DNA of 64,000 nucleotides from Alistipes sp. Lineage in GTDB: Bacteria; Bacteroidota; Bacteroidia; Bacteroidales; Rikenellaceae. The stretch covers positions 6,153-70,152 of the forward strand of contig NZ_JAHHQJ010000014.1 of NCBI RefSeq assembly GCF_020026455.1. The letters run 5' to 3'. How positions within the stretch are numbered: the first letter of the stretch is position 1; each line of letters opens with the position of its first letter. Shown here piece after piece: positions 63,031 to 64,000 of this stretch. The notes under the pieces are model-generated. The model did no database searches. It saw only the letters and a program-made list of their open reading frames with translations, and was not told the DNA's origin. The translations under genes were made by a program, and so were the position numbers.

Positions 63031-63678
63031 TTATTTTATTCTTATCAGATTCAGTCCGTCGCGCAGCGGGACAATGACGTTCTCCACGCGCGGATCTTCG
63101 ACGACCATGCGGTTGAACTCCAGAAGAGCCTGCGTGTGACGGTCGTTGTGCGCCACGGGCTGCACGACCTTCCCCGACCAGAGGATGTTGTCGGCGATCA
63201 GCACCGATCCGCTGTGGACAAGCACCTTGCTGCCGTCGTCACCCAGCAGCATCCGGTAGTAATCGGGGTATTCGCGTTTGTCTCCGTCGATGAACACGAG
63301 GTCGAACTCCCCGCCCAGCTTCGGGGCGATGTCGAGAGCCGAGCCGATGTGGAGCGAGATCTTTCGGCCGTGGGGGCTGCGGTCGAAATACGAGCGGATG
63401 AACTCCTCCTGTTCGTCGTCGACCTCCACGGTGTGCAGTTCGGCCCCTTCCTCCAGCCCTGCGGCCATCGAGAGCGCCGAATATCCCGTGAATGTCCCGA
63501 TTTCGAGCACCCTCCGGGGGCGCAGCATGCGCACGATCATCTCCAGCAGACGTCCCTGAATGTGTCCCGAGATCATCCGCGGAGCTATGGCCCGCAGGTT
63601 GGTCTCGCGGTCGAGTTCGTGCAGCAACTCCCCTTCGGGTTCCGAAAAGTCGTGGATGTATTTTTCGAGAGCGTCCAT
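63031..63678 (-). CDS. O-methyltransferase (caffeoyl-CoA OMT-like)
   Basis: MISGHIQGRLL, VLEIGTFTGYSAL, FIDGDKREY, ADNILWSG, PLRDGL. Confidence 0.92.
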   Translation of the reverse strand: MDALEKYIHDFSEPEGELLHELDRETNLRAIAPRMISGHIQGRLLEMIVRMLRPRRVLEIGTFTGYSALSMAAGLEEGAELHTVEVDDEQEEFIRSYFDRSPHGRKISLHIGSALDIAPKLGGEFDLVFIDGDKREYPDYYRMLLGDDGSKVLVHSGSVLIADNILWSGKVVQPVAHNDRHTQALLEFNRMVVEDPRVENVIVPLRDGLNLIRIK

Positions 63679-63709
63679 CTATGGTAATACAAACAATACG
63701 GTTTTCATG

Positions 63710-64000
63710 CTATTGGTAGATTAGTCGCGACAGATTCGCAAAAACCTCCTCGGCCACCTCCGTGAGCTGCCGGGCCGTCAGGGCGCGGACCTTGGCGTAG
63801 ACCTGTTCCATGGTGTCGATGTCGTTGTGAGTCAGCAGGCTCTTACCCGCTCCGAGCATGTAGCTTTCGTTGCTCTCGCTCGATATGGCCAGCTGGGCGA
63901 TGAACTGTTTCTTGGCCATCGACAGCTGGCGCGCCGTCAGCGGTACGGTGCGCAGCTTGCGCAGCTGCCCTTCGATCAGGTCGATGCACTGCCCCGCATT
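63710..64000 (-). CDS. 3' end of an M16 (pitrilysin/MPP-like) peptidase (partial)
   Basis: ...QLSMAKKQFIAQLAISSE..GKSLL..VRALTARQL C-terminal M16 pattern; the frame runs off the window. Confidence 0.75.
   Translation of the reverse strand, partial: NAGQCIDLIEGQLRKLRTVPLTARQLSMAKKQFIAQLAISSESNESYMLGAGKSLLTHNDIDTMEQVYAKVRALTARQLTEVAEEVFANLSRLIYQ

Overview
GC-rich Bacteroidota chromosome segment. The gene repertoire, TAnnTTTG promoter elements and SusC/SusD locus are most consistent with Alistipes/Rikenellaceae (inference). Left half: mostly housekeeping genes (uvrA, ispF, pepD, ald, obgE, serB, mscS, mgsA, dusB, argS, Zn/Mn ABC components), several decaying genes (TonB-dependent receptor, cimA relic, a DUF5689-like lipoprotein), one AT-richer GIY-YIG/DUF4357 nuclease gene and many intergenic minisatellites. 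32.5-49.8 kb: a bidirectional ECF-sigma/FecR-controlled polysaccharide utilisation locus (GH3, GH97, GH43-like, SusD, SusC, SusE-like, and a GH2 with a nonsense codon). Its candidate cognate promoter ATGTGG-N16-CGTC(T/A)TAT can be read three times. 50.0-51.7 kb is the most unusual region: two AT-rich blocks around a lone XRE-HTH gene. They carry 8 copies of a palindrome TTACA-N2-TGTAA, a GATC/DnaA-box cluster resembling an origin unwinding element, and are bracketed by an 18/19-bp inverted repeat containing the exact XerD arm of dif. Right end: relA/spoT, recA, bcp, a 70-aa triple-CxxC protein, an HTH-WYL regulator with a shared GTGACA-N5-TG(T/A)CAC operator, dnaA and a phosphomutase. No rRNA, tRNA, CRISPR array or transposase was recognised. 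All family assignments come from motifs read by eye, not from database searches.
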